Origin: a virus
Lineage: Duplodnaviria > Caudoviricetes
Reading direction: 5' to 3' (one strand)
IMG/VR virus record: IMGVR_UViG_3300024051_000127
Location: 1 to 24,418 of that record
Length of the DNA stretch: 24,418 bases
The notes beneath the pieces are model-generated. The model made no database searches and had not been told where the DNA came from. It worked only from the letters and a program-made list of their open reading frames with translations. Shown in pieces: positions 8,646 through 16,714 of the stretch; within the stretch, counting starts at the first letter, position 1, and each line of letters starts with the position of its first letter. Position numbers and translations under genes: made by a program.

Positions 8646-8782
8646 GCCGCCACCTCTTCAAATTTTCCGGCGTCGACGGGCTGCCCGATCTTGAATCCTA
8701 GATGCGTCGAAAATAGATTCCGGGTCGGCGCTCGATTCCGAAGCCACCCTTGTTGATCACCAACGTTTTCAGTGAGGTAGAG

Positions 8783-9085
8783 ATGAACTCGAAGGTATTT
8801 GATAGGCCCGTTTATCTGAAGAAGGGTAGAGACCTTATCGAAGAGATTACGTGCCTGGAGGACGCCATCGATTTTCTGGAAGCATGGCCTGAACGCGATC
8901 GTGACATTGTTCACGATGCGACGTTGAAGACCTGCTACATGTCCTTTGACGGCCACAAGCCCTTGAAGGTCGGACGTGATGCCCTCCGCTCCTTTGGAGA
9001 GAAGAAAGGCATTCTCGTGAAATCTCCCGGCATCATGCCGTGGATGATCCGTTCGCGCTCCGGCGGCGGGCGCGTTTCTCCGTAA
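8783..9085 (+). CDS. DUF982 family protein
   Basis: FDRPV, DAIDFLEAWP, GIL. GAGG SD. Confidence 0.8.
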   Translation: MNSKVFDRPVYLKKGRDLIEEITCLEDAIDFLEAWPERDRDIVHDATLKTCYMSFDGHKPLKVGRDALRSFGEKKGILVKSPGIMPWMIRSRSGGGRVSP

Positions 9086-9196
9086 CGCATCCGCCGAGTA
9101 CGAGGGGCCGTCACGGCGGCCTCTCAGTCCTAAGTCTGAGGAACCGTTATCTCTCTGGAGAATTATTCCGCTCGAGAGAGCCGGAATGGAGATCAC

Positions 9197-9442
9197 ATGA
9201 CCGAGGACCTTTGGGACAAACCGATCGAACTGGTGGTCGAAAATTCCGACCACTTTCATTGTGTCAGCAATAGCCGAGAAGCTATCGCTTTCCTTACGAC
9301 AAGTTGGCCTGGAGGCCGGGACGCGGCCTATGCTGCTGCCCGACGGGCCTGCATGAAGGCCATTGAAGGGAAGGTGCGCACTGAGGAAGCTCAGGCTGCT
9401 TTCATCAGTGCCGCTGAGAAGGCTGGTATTCTTCGACCATAG
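9197..9442 (+). CDS. DUF982 family protein
   Basis: WDKPI, EAIAFLTTSWP, AFISAAEKAGIL. GGAG SD. Confidence 0.85.
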   Translation: MTEDLWDKPIELVVENSDHFHCVSNSREAIAFLTTSWPGGRDAAYAAARRACMKAIEGKVRTEEAQAAFISAAEKAGILRP

Positions 9443-9447
9443 AGTGG

Positions 9448-9633
9448 TCATGCGCTCGCCCTCCTGTCATCGAGGGAGGCGATTTCGCGATCAAGCCGCG
9501 CAACCGTTCTGGAAAGGATGGCGATCCGGGCGTGCTTCACGCCATTGTCGGCGCGGTTCATCGAGCCGCGAAGACGGTCGATCTCCGCTTGGATCTCTTT
9601 TCTTTCTTCCTTGAGGAGGGTGAGTTCGTTCAT
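9448..9633 (-). CDS. Small coiled-coil protein
   Basis: ATGA-coupled, heptad-rich sequence. Confidence 0.7.
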   Translation of the reverse strand: MNELTLLKEERKEIQAEIDRLRGSMNRADNGVKHARIAILSRTVARLDREIASLDDRRASA

Positions 9634-10355
9634 GCCGCTGCCATCACCTGAGTATTGAGCGACTTCAGCCCGAACGGAGGCTTATGCAGTTTCAGCTTGG
9701 ACTTCCCGCCGCTGGTGAGTTGGGCGCGGACGGCGTTCGTCATCCATTGCGTAAAGGTTTTGCCCTCTGTGCAAAGAATGTAATCGTGGGGCGAGACCTG
9801 AAACGAGTGATACCCGGTCTCCGAAATGAATGGCTTGGAATCGTCCAGAGGGCGAGCAGAACCGCCGCAGACGGCGAAGATGCCTTCATATCGGAAATCT
9901 ACACGGCATCCGTCGATGTCGATTTCGATGCGCCCCATCTGGCCGAACATCGGCTCCTGCCAGTCCTCGGCGGCGGTTTGCTGCGCCAGCCATGTCGCTG
10001 CGTCATACCAGCAATAGTGTCCATCTCTCCGGCTCTGGAAAGGATCGCCGCCGTCAAGCGTGCGGTTGAATAGCTCATCCGCCATGGAGTGGAGCTGATT
10101 GGCGACACGGCGCTGCTCGTCCATATCATCGGCAACGGCGGCGCGGTGATAGTCGGCGAGGAGCATGGAATACAGGGTGACGTACCCTTCGCGGTCGGCG
10201 GGCATCGCCCTACGATAGACCGCTCGCTCGGCTTCCAACTGGTCCCGCTGGATTTCCCATGCGGATTTCTTGTGCGGCTTGTCGAGCTTGATAGGCTTCG
10301 CCGCGACTGGCGCGGGCGCAGCCATCAGGTCGAGCATGGAAAGCTGCTGCATCAC
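9630..10355 (-). CDS. Hypothetical protein
   Basis: Operon ORF with a KPFISETGYHSF motif. Confidence 0.75.
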   Translation of the reverse strand: MMQQLSMLDLMAAPAPVAAKPIKLDKPHKKSAWEIQRDQLEAERAVYRRAMPADREGYVTLYSMLLADYHRAAVADDMDEQRRVANQLHSMADELFNRTLDGGDPFQSRRDGHYCWYDAATWLAQQTAAEDWQEPMFGQMGRIEIDIDGCRVDFRYEGIFAVCGGSARPLDDSKPFISETGYHSFQVSPHDYILCTEGKTFTQWMTNAVRAQLTSGGKSKLKLHKPPFGLKSLNTQVMAAA

Positions 10356-10778
10356 CTATTCCTCCGCTTCTTTCGACGTTTCCAAAGGAGCCGAACCCAC
10401 TCCCACAGCCGCCGGGCCGCGCTTTTCGTCAGCCGCTTCATGTCCCTCGTCCATGCTGAGGCGTTCGGCTCGATGCCGATCCGCCGCTTCCTCATTCCTG
10501 CGGCATGCCTCGTCGTAGGCGAGTTTCAGCGCCCGGTAGACAGAACCGGCCACGTCCTTCATGTCGCGTGTCTTGTATTGGAGTCGGTAAAGGTAGCTCT
10601 CGGAGACGCCAGTGCGTTCGGAAAGGCGATAACGTGCGAGGTATTCCTTGTCGCCGCGACCTTTAAATTCGCGCGACATAAGGTCATCCGCCCAGTTTTT
10701 CGCCTCGATCAACGCAACGCTGCTCATTTCATCCTCGGAGACATTCTTTCCGGATTTGCCAATATTATTTCCGTACAT
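10356..10778 (-). CDS. HTH-like phage regulator (possibly CII-like)
   Basis: RLSERTGVSESYLYRLQY resembles an HTH. An alternative start lies at 10727. Confidence 0.6.
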   Translation of the reverse strand: MYGNNIGKSGKNVSEDEMSSVALIEAKNWADDLMSREFKGRGDKEYLARYRLSERTGVSESYLYRLQYKTRDMKDVAGSVYRALKLAYDEACRRNEEAADRHRAERLSMDEGHEAADEKRGPAAVGVGSAPLETSKEAEE

Positions 10779-10829
10779 TCCGTCGCCTCTCGTGCATCTT
10801 CGACTTGCTTAGAGACGAAGGAGTTGCAC

Positions 10830-11147
10830 ATGAAGCGACCTTCAAATTTAGATGGTGACGAGGCGAACCGCTTTCCGCAGGCGGCGGATGAGTTATCCGC
10901 CTCGTCACCGGCCCGCCGCATCGGCGAGACGATAATTCCATTCCCGGCCCCACCGCCGTTGCCGGGTAGAGAGGACGCCGGGGTATCCTCGGCTTCGGCG
11001 TCCTCGACGTTCGCTTCCATCGGAGCCGTCACCCATGCCGTCGTGCTGCGGTTGAAGGGAGGCTTTCCGAAAATCTCGATGCCGCCGAGGCTGAGGGAGG
11101 AGGAGCCAGCCTCGGCGGCAGATCAGTCGGCCGGGGACCTTGGCTGA
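10830..11147 (+). CDS. Antisense-oriented hypothetical protein (105 aa)
   Basis: Strong AAGGAG SD before ATG 10830. Fills a gap in the minus-strand operon. Confidence 0.45.
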   Translation: MKRPSNLDGDEANRFPQAADELSASSPARRIGETIIPFPAPPPLPGREDAGVSSASASSTFASIGAVTHAVVLRLKGGFPKISMPPRLREEEPASAADQSAGDLG

Positions 11148-11290
11148 CCGAATGGGAATGGTCCTTCCGGCGCACCAGATTCCTCATCGTGCGATGAGGC
11201 GGCTCGGAAGACGGCAAACCCCATCAAGCCGAGGGCGAAACCACAGATGAAGGCCGTGCAGGCTATGGAAAGAATGATGAGCGGGGTCAT
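11123..11290 (-). CDS. Small membrane protein (55 aa, not in ORF track)
   Basis: ATGA-coupled. Sequence starts MTPLIILSIACTAFICGFALGLMGFAVFR. Confidence 0.65.
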   Translation of the reverse strand: MTPLIILSIACTAFICGFALGLMGFAVFRAASSHDEESGAPEGPFPFGQPRSPAD

Positions 11291-11652
11291 GCTGCCCTCC
11301 TTCTCAAAGGCTCCAGCCCCTCGCCGAGGCGGATACCGTCAACAAACTCGATCACCTTCGACCAGTTCATGGGCTTCGGACGACCGCGTTGACCGGGAAT
11401 GGTGATGATGAAGCTGGCTTGGCTGCGATAGGTGCTGAGGATGTATCCCCGATCAGCGAGGAAGACCTTCAAGGACTGGTAGTCTCCAGACGTGCCAGCC
11501 TCGAAACGACGAACGCCGTTGCGCTCGATGTAGGCCTTGACGATGGAAGAGACCTCGGCGCGGGCGATCTGTGTTCGGCTATCGCGAACGCGGCCTTCAA
11601 CGATGTTCTGCGCTGCGGCGTCATAGCCATTGGAGAAACGGATTGGTCGCAT
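11287..11652 (-). CDS. Hypothetical protein
   Basis: TGATG-coupled start MRPIRFSNG. Confidence 0.7.
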   Translation of the reverse strand: MRPIRFSNGYDAAAQNIVEGRVRDSRTQIARAEVSSIVKAYIERNGVRRFEAGTSGDYQSLKVFLADRGYILSTYRSQASFIITIPGQRGRPKPMNWSKVIEFVDGIRLGEGLEPLRRRAA

Positions 11653-12749
11653 CACTCGGCAACCTCCAGAGATTCGGCCAGCCCGAAGGCGGCGAAGATA
11701 TCGTCGGCACGGTGCGGGATTTCCTTCGCCAGATCGGCGGCGATCTTCTTTTCCTGTGCCTGGGTGAAATTGCGGGCGGCGCGCTGCCACTCGATCACGT
11801 CGAGGAGCACGTCATCCCCGCTGTATGGTTGAACCGGGTAATTGAAGCCGAGTTCACGGCTGATGTTGTACCGGTCCCAGCCTTCGACAATCACGTCGCC
11901 GTGCCGGACGATTGGCTGGCAAATGCCGTTAGCCTGGATCTCGTCGTGCAACAGAGCGTAAGCGGCGTTGGAGAGTTCCGGGAAGCAGGCAGCAAAGTCC
12001 GGACGCTTCATCGGTGCGGGCGGAACGCTTTCGATGACGATACCGCCGGCGGGAAGAGCACTTGCGGCGCCCTCCCCTGTGTTCGAGGTCGGGTCCGCAA
12101 GACCTGCGCGCAACGCGCTGCCAGTAGCCACTTCATGTTCGCCTCCTGCCTGCTCGGCCGTTTTCGTGGTTTCCGATGTGTTTTCTTCGCTCTGAAAATG
12201 GTGCCGGCGATCAAGGTTTACGTGTTGGTCTTGGGCATCGTTGCCTCCTTCATCAGATTGATCGGAATCGGTGCGGACGAGCGCTGCTCCACCATCGGCT
12301 TCAACACTCCGCTCGTCCGCTGCGGCGTCCTTTTCAGGTGCCGCGCACTCGGTCGCCGTTTCCGGCGAATGGGGTACGACGCTTTCTTCGGCCTCGCGCG
12401 TCGTCAGCGAGGTAGAGACGGAGGGAGACCCGTCCGAAGCTGTGATTTCGGTCTGCTTGGTGATGATGTTCAGGCCGGAGTCGGGACGGTCCTCACGCGT
12501 ATGCGCGTGCGAGGGGCGCTCGTAGGCTTCCAGATACAGGTCGAACTTGGCCGACTGCTCGGCAACCTTGTCGCCGTCCTTCTCGCGCTTGCGGAGGAAC
12601 GTAACGACCTGTCCGACGATAGCCTTCTCATAGCCCTCGGCAGCAAGTTCGGCATAGACTTCCTTCGTGTCCCGCTTGGCTTCATCCTCAGCCTCGCGGC
12701 AGCGAAGGATGCGGTCGATGTAGGCTTTCAGCTTGGCGTCTGCGCTCAT
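11652..12749 (-). CDS. GapR (DUF2312) domain, acidic linker and ParB-like domain fusion
   Basis: N-terminal LKAYIDRI...KEVYAE...GYE...DLYLEA. C-terminal LHDEIQANGICQPIV...IVEGWDRY. Confidence 0.75.
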   Translation of the reverse strand: MSADAKLKAYIDRILRCREAEDEAKRDTKEVYAELAAEGYEKAIVGQVVTFLRKREKDGDKVAEQSAKFDLYLEAYERPSHAHTREDRPDSGLNIITKQTEITASDGSPSVSTSLTTREAEESVVPHSPETATECAAPEKDAAADERSVEADGGAALVRTDSDQSDEGGNDAQDQHVNLDRRHHFQSEENTSETTKTAEQAGGEHEVATGSALRAGLADPTSNTGEGAASALPAGGIVIESVPPAPMKRPDFAACFPELSNAAYALLHDEIQANGICQPIVRHGDVIVEGWDRYNISRELGFNYPVQPYSGDDVLLDVIEWQRAARNFTQAQEKKIAADLAKEIPHRADDIFAAFGLAESLEVAE

Positions 12750-13052
12750 CTACGCCTCCCCGCGCACAGCGGCGGCAAACGCCTTGGCGTCAGTGTGTTG
12801 TTGTTCGGAAATGCAGTTCTCGGCGGAGTCTGCCTCGTCCTGGCAATAGCGCTCGAAATAGATCGATGCCGGACGCCATCGCTTCCTCTTCGCCATAAGG
12901 GCGTCGTGGATGGCTTTGGCGAAGTGCCGGACGAGCGCATTGGCCTGCATGCCGTTGATGATCTTGACCGGGCAAGTGGCGTAGGCGTCTCGTGCGACCT
13001 TGTGTTCCCAGCCGGGCGCGCTGTGAGGGTTGGGGATGGTGCTGGTCGTCAT
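12750..13052 (-). CDS. Hypothetical protein
   Basis: ATGA-coupled start MTTSTIP. Confidence 0.65.
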   Translation of the reverse strand: MTTSTIPNPHSAPGWEHKVARDAYATCPVKIINGMQANALVRHFAKAIHDALMAKRKRWRPASIYFERYCQDEADSAENCISEQQHTDAKAFAAAVRGEA

Positions 13053-13207
13053 GCGGCGGCTCCCCAGAAATGCAGGAAGACAAACAAGGCGTTGAGGAGG
13101 AATACCGGCACGACGGCGAGCCACGCCCACCAACGAGGAGACAGGAAGAAGGATATCGAGAGCGTTCCGCAGGCGAACGCATTCATGGCTAGATCGATAT
13201 CGCTCAT
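13049..13207 (-). CDS. Small membrane protein (52 aa, not in ORF track)
   Basis: Coupled to the cro stop and to the next start. Sequence MSDIDLAMNAFACGTLSISFFLSPRWWAWLAVVPVFLLNALFVFLHFWGAAA. Confidence 0.7.
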   Translation of the reverse strand: MSDIDLAMNAFACGTLSISFFLSPRWWAWLAVVPVFLLNALFVFLHFWGAAA

Positions 13208-13413
13208 GCTGCATTCTCCGGCTGGCGGGCGGTCATGAAGTCATTTGCCGTGACCTTGCCGTTCGTGGCCTTCGAGATGCGCACGAGGATTTCGGGCTTC
13301 GGAATGCGCCCAGCAACCTTGTATCGCCACAGCGCTTGCCGACTGACGCCGATGCGCTCCGCAAAGTCAGCGTCCGAAGTATTCGTCTTGAGAAGCCAGT
13401 TGGTCAGGGTCAT
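13204..13413 (-). CDS. cro: Cro-like HTH repressor
   Basis: FAERIGVSRQALWRY...RIP...TNGKVTANDF. Divergent from cI. Confidence 0.85.
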   Translation of the reverse strand: MTLTNWLLKTNTSDADFAERIGVSRQALWRYKVAGRIPKPEILVRISKATNGKVTANDFMTARQPENAA

Positions 13414-13419
13414 GCGCCA

Positions 13420-13502
13420 TATATGTCACCATTTTGGTGACGGCGCAAGAGAAATTGTCACCACTTTGGATACTCGCCACATCTCCGGTCTGGTGACATG
13501 AC
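13420..13502. promoter_or_regulatory. OR region: three operators plus divergent PR/PRM
   Basis: Operators GTCACC-N5-GGTGAC 13425-13441, GTCACC-N5-GGATAC 13457-13473 and ATCTCC-N5-GGTGAC 13481-13497. Minus-strand promoter TTGCGC-N17-CATATA. Confidence 0.85.
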
Positions 13503-13508
13503 TCCGGC

Positions 13509-13931
13509 ATGACCAAAGGAAAGTTCCCGAACGGCCTGCGGAAGGCCATGAACGCCAAGAAGATTGGCCTGACCGAGTTGGCTAATCTTGTCGGGACGGC
13601 CAAGCAGAACATCGAGCGATGGGCCAACGGCGAACGTGCGTTGAAGCCAGACATGGCCGCGAAGCTCGCGCCACTCCTCGACGTGTCGGCCAGCCAGCTA
13701 CTTCTGCTGCCAGACGACGGCAGACCGAGCGAACCGAGCAAGGAAGAGAAAATGGAGGCGGACGCACTCGCAACCTTGCGCGCCGCCCTCATAGCCTACG
13801 GTGTCGATAAACGGCAACTGGCTACTCTGCTGCCCGTTATAGATACCTTCGTCACGAAGGCAAAGCAGGCGCAACCAGAACAAACGGGTTCTCGTGATCT
13901 ACCTCAACCCGCCACTCCCCGCCGTGCATGA
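13509..13931 (+). CDS. cI: CI-like XRE repressor without S24 peptidase domain
   Basis: LTELANLVGTAKQNIERWANGER HTH. Only 140 aa. Confidence 0.8.
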   Translation: MTKGKFPNGLRKAMNAKKIGLTELANLVGTAKQNIERWANGERALKPDMAAKLAPLLDVSASQLLLLPDDGRPSEPSKEEKMEADALATLRAALIAYGVDKRQLATLLPVIDTFVTKAKQAQPEQTGSRDLPQPATPRRA

Positions 13932-14082
13932 GAGCCATGAAATAAGCGAGTTCCGCGGCCTTCCGTTTGATGACGGCCTCAGGGTCTAGCGACGAAAGAG
14001 CGCCGGCGTATTCCATAATCTCACCGACGATCTCCTCTTGCTTGGTCGCATATTTCCGCCTGATCTGGTGAATGATTGCCAC
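13852..14082 (-). CDS. Hypothetical protein overlapping the cI 3' end
   Basis: GGAG SD and GTG start, just after the upstream stop. Confidence 0.6.
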   Translation of the reverse strand: MAIIHQIRRKYATKQEEIVGEIMEYAGALSSLDPEAVIKRKAAELAYFMALMHGGEWRVEVDHENPFVLVAPALPS

Positions 14083-14093
14083 GTCGCCGCTCC

Positions 14094-14348
14094 CTACACC
14101 TTCTCCATATCCGCTATTTCTTCCGGCAAATGGTCGCCGTGCGCGAAGATCAGCTTCGGCTCGCCGAAGTCTCCCGCCTCTGGATCTGCATGCGTGACGG
14201 TCGCGACGACCATCGGCTTATAGAGCGCCAGGCGCTCCGCCACTCGCCTCGCATGCATGATGCTGGTGGCCTGCACCGGCACGTCGGGCTTCATGCCCTT
14301 CTTCGCCGGGGAGAAGGATTGAACCACGAAAAACTCTGCCATGTTCAT
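14094..14348 (-). CDS. Putative SOS-regulated small protein
   Basis: AAGGAG SD, with a LexA box overlapping its promoter. Confidence 0.75.
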   Translation of the reverse strand: MNMAEFFVVQSFSPAKKGMKPDVPVQATSIMHARRVAERLALYKPMVVATVTHADPEAGDFGEPKLIFAHGDHLPEEIADMEKV

Positions 14349-14393
14349 GCTCCTTTTGGGCTTTGGATAGCCCTAAGCATGACTCGAAAATGA

Positions 14394-14408
14394 GAACGCA
14401 ACAAGAAC
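14394..14408 (-). promoter_or_regulatory. Alphaproteobacterial LexA (SOS) box
   Basis: GTTC-TTGTTGC-GTTC on the minus strand, overlapping the -35 of TTGTTG-N17-CATGCT. Confidence 0.8.
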
Positions 14409-14535
14409 AAAATTAGGAAAATAGTCACACAAGTTAACGGCTACCAGATGTAGCGATTACCCGTTTTGAGAGTCGCCTTCTGTTGTGCCGCGGCGGAATC
14501 ACGCTATCGTGCTACTCAGCCTTGGGGACGACATC

Positions 14536-14802
14536 ATGAATGGTCGAGTGGAATTTGAAGCCCTCCAGATCGAGGTTTGGGCAACACAGTACTGGCTGAA
14601 ATACCTCTTCGCTTCCCAGGCGAGAGGCGAGCGGATTAGGGCTTCGGACATCATCGACCTCATCGAAGAGATGAAGGCAACCGCGCCGCCAGACAACGAA
14701 GCATCACCCGCCGCATTCGACGAGCGGCATGTCGATCGCTTTCCTATCTACGAGCGGATCGGGCTAGAAATTGCGGACCTGCTCAAAAATGTGGAAAACT
14801 GA
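14536..14802 (+). CDS. Hypothetical moron protein
   Basis: GGGGA SD, 88-aa ORF. Confidence 0.6.
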   Translation: MNGRVEFEALQIEVWATQYWLKYLFASQARGERIRASDIIDLIEEMKATAPPDNEASPAAFDERHVDRFPIYERIGLEIADLLKNVEN

Positions 14803-14833
14803 CTGGAATTGTTGGAGGAGAGGACTTAACGCC

Positions 14834-15322
14834 ATGCCTTCTGAAGACTTTTGGGATGCCGCACTGAAGTATTCAGACATCCTAAGCAATTTTGCGGCGA
14901 TAGCTGGTGTCGTCGCCTTGATATTTTTATGGAAGCAAGTTCGCTTGATGGAGAGAACAGATAAAGGCCGAAATACGATTGAAGTAATGAACTTTCTTCA
15001 AAAAGCCGAAATTCGGAGCGCTCGATATCATATACGGACAATTAAAGACAAACCTGTTTCTGAATTCAATAAAGTCGATTTTGAAATGGCATCACTTGTG
15101 GCCTCTTCATTTGATCTTGTCGGAATAATGGCTGAAAAAAAATACATTGAAGAGGAAATAATAATAGACGCATGGGGCCCCGCATTAATATACAACAATA
15201 TTGCCCTAGCAGAATACATCAATGCAAGGAGAATCAAGGAAGGACCGCGCTTCTGGGTCCGCTTTGATAATATCACTAGAAAATCCAAGGAGTTTCATTC
15301 AATTTTCACGCCACACCAATAG
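14834..15322 (+). CDS. DUF4760-like membrane-anchored protein
   Basis: N-terminal TM helix, pattern FDLVGIM...W...YINARR...FWVRFD, AT-rich DNA. Confidence 0.65.
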   Translation: MPSEDFWDAALKYSDILSNFAAIAGVVALIFLWKQVRLMERTDKGRNTIEVMNFLQKAEIRSARYHIRTIKDKPVSEFNKVDFEMASLVASSFDLVGIMAEKKYIEEEIIIDAWGPALIYNNIALAEYINARRIKEGPRFWVRFDNITRKSKEFHSIFTPHQ

Positions 15323-15477
15323 CCCAATGAGCAGAAAGCAATCTTGATCATAATAGTGAAGGCTGGAGGCTGATATCTGATCGAAATTCACAGCCGGCCC
15401 AATGGGAAGACGTAAGAGGCCGACGCATTGAAGCGGTAAGCACACCAATGAAGGCGACACGGGCAAGCCGGCCTCAA

Positions 15478-15544
15478 ACCGGCCACCTATTTTACTAATA
15501 ATATCAATATATTAAGGAGTTCTTTCATGGCTTTACCGGCCACC
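15478..15544 (+). promoter_or_regulatory. Candidate anti-BstA (aba) element
   Basis: ACCGGCCACC direct repeats at 15478-15487 and 15535-15544 straddle an AT-rich spacer and the bstA start codon. Confidence 0.65.
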
Positions 15545-16432
15545 CCTAAACAGATGAAACTTGATTTGGGAGTAGAAATAGAAAGCGATGTCGGAGGCAT
15601 TGAGATGGGGGTGCTGGAAAACGGCATGGCCTACCTCACACAACGTGGATTGTCCTCAATGTCTGGCGCGGCAAGATCAACCATTCAGGAAATCTCCAAG
15701 GAATGGGAGGACAATTACGGCACAGGAATGGAACCTCCTGGGCGCGTAAGATGGTTTTCGGACTATCTTCGGGAAGCCGGATACGACGCCCCCACGCTAT
15801 ACATGGAAACTGAGCGAAACGGATCGCCGCACTACGCTTATCCTGACCTGGTGTGCATGGCATTCATCGAATACTACGCATTTGAAGCCCAAAGGAAAAA
15901 CGATACAGCCATGGCGAATTATCGCCGGTTAGCCCGTTATGGCCTCAACAAGTTCATTTACGACGCACTGGGGTACAAGCCTACCGATAAATGGGCATAC
16001 TTCACCGATCGCGTAACCATTCTAAACGACGCTACGCCTGAAGGTTGCTTCATCGTCTTCAAGGAAGTCACAGGCATGATCGTGGACCTTATCCGTGCCG
16101 GCCTGCCGATCAGCGATAAGACGATACCCGATATAAGCGTAGGTCAGGTTTGGGCGAACTACTGGCGAGACAAGGGGCTAGAGACACGGTTCGGTGAGCG
16201 ATGCGGGTACGATCATTATTACCCGAGTTATTATCCCCAAGCAAAAAGCAATCCTCAACCCGCTTGGGCCTACCCTGAAGATGCGCTCCCGGAGTTCCGA
16301 CGCTGGTTCAGAACTATCTATCTCCCCACAAAGTACCCAGCCTACATACTAAACAAAGCCAAGGTTCTCGCTGGGGGTAAGGCGCAGGCTCAGCAGATCG
16401 CCGAGTTGTACCAGCCGAAGAAAATCAAGTGA
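15527..16432 (+). CDS. bstA: BstA-family abortive infection protein
   Basis: Motifs GIEMGVLENG..YLTQ.GL, HYAYPD.VCMA..EYYAFEA and SNPQ...AYP..AL.EFRRWF match my recollection of Salmonella BTP1 BstA. Size (~300 aa) and position downstream of cI also fit. Confidence 0.85.
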   Translation: MALPATPKQMKLDLGVEIESDVGGIEMGVLENGMAYLTQRGLSSMSGAARSTIQEISKEWEDNYGTGMEPPGRVRWFSDYLREAGYDAPTLYMETERNGSPHYAYPDLVCMAFIEYYAFEAQRKNDTAMANYRRLARYGLNKFIYDALGYKPTDKWAYFTDRVTILNDATPEGCFIVFKEVTGMIVDLIRAGLPISDKTIPDISVGQVWANYWRDKGLETRFGERCGYDHYYPSYYPQAKSNPQPAWAYPEDALPEFRRWFRTIYLPTKYPAYILNKAKVLAGGKAQAQQIAELYQPKKIK

Positions 16433-16480
16433 CAAAAACAGTCTGACCCCGTCAGTTTTTTTACTTTGCGAACATTCACC

Positions 16481-16506
16481 AGCCCGCCCTTCCGGCGGGC
16501 TTTTTT
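16481..16506 (+). terminator. Intrinsic terminator after bstA
   Basis: AGCCCGCC-CTTCC-GGCGGGCT followed by a T tract. Confidence 0.85.
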
Positions 16507-16575
16507 GTGCGATCCGTACCGAAAAGCCGGAATCAGCCCTTCCCGCTGATGAGGGAAAGCCATAAGCTTGCTTCC

Positions 16576-16660
16576 GAAACCCTCCCATGGAGTTTCACCC
16601 GCGGCAAAATTCCTGACTCCGTCGCGTCATTGCCCCGCCTTCGTGCGGGGCTTTCTTTTT
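16576..16660 (+). ncRNA. Putative sRNA, copy 1
   Basis: Promoter TTCCCG-N17-TAAGCT (16540-16568), 5' hairpin GAAACCCTCCCATGGAGTTTC, terminator GCCCCGC/GCGGGGC plus Ts. Confidence 0.65.
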
Positions 16661-16714
16661 GCGCGTCACGAGACCCCCTTCCCGCGCAGCCGTGAAAGTT
16701 ATAGACTGCCCCTC

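Noticed and set aside
10544-10553. AACCGGCCAC as a second aba site
   Set aside because: Single GC-rich copy inside a CDS, lacking the paired repeat and AT-rich spacer.
11571-13238. 555-aa plus-strand ORF (also 82..723, 6889..7818 and 19444..20397)
   Set aside because: Antisense shadows of well-supported genes in GC-rich DNA, with no recognisable motifs.
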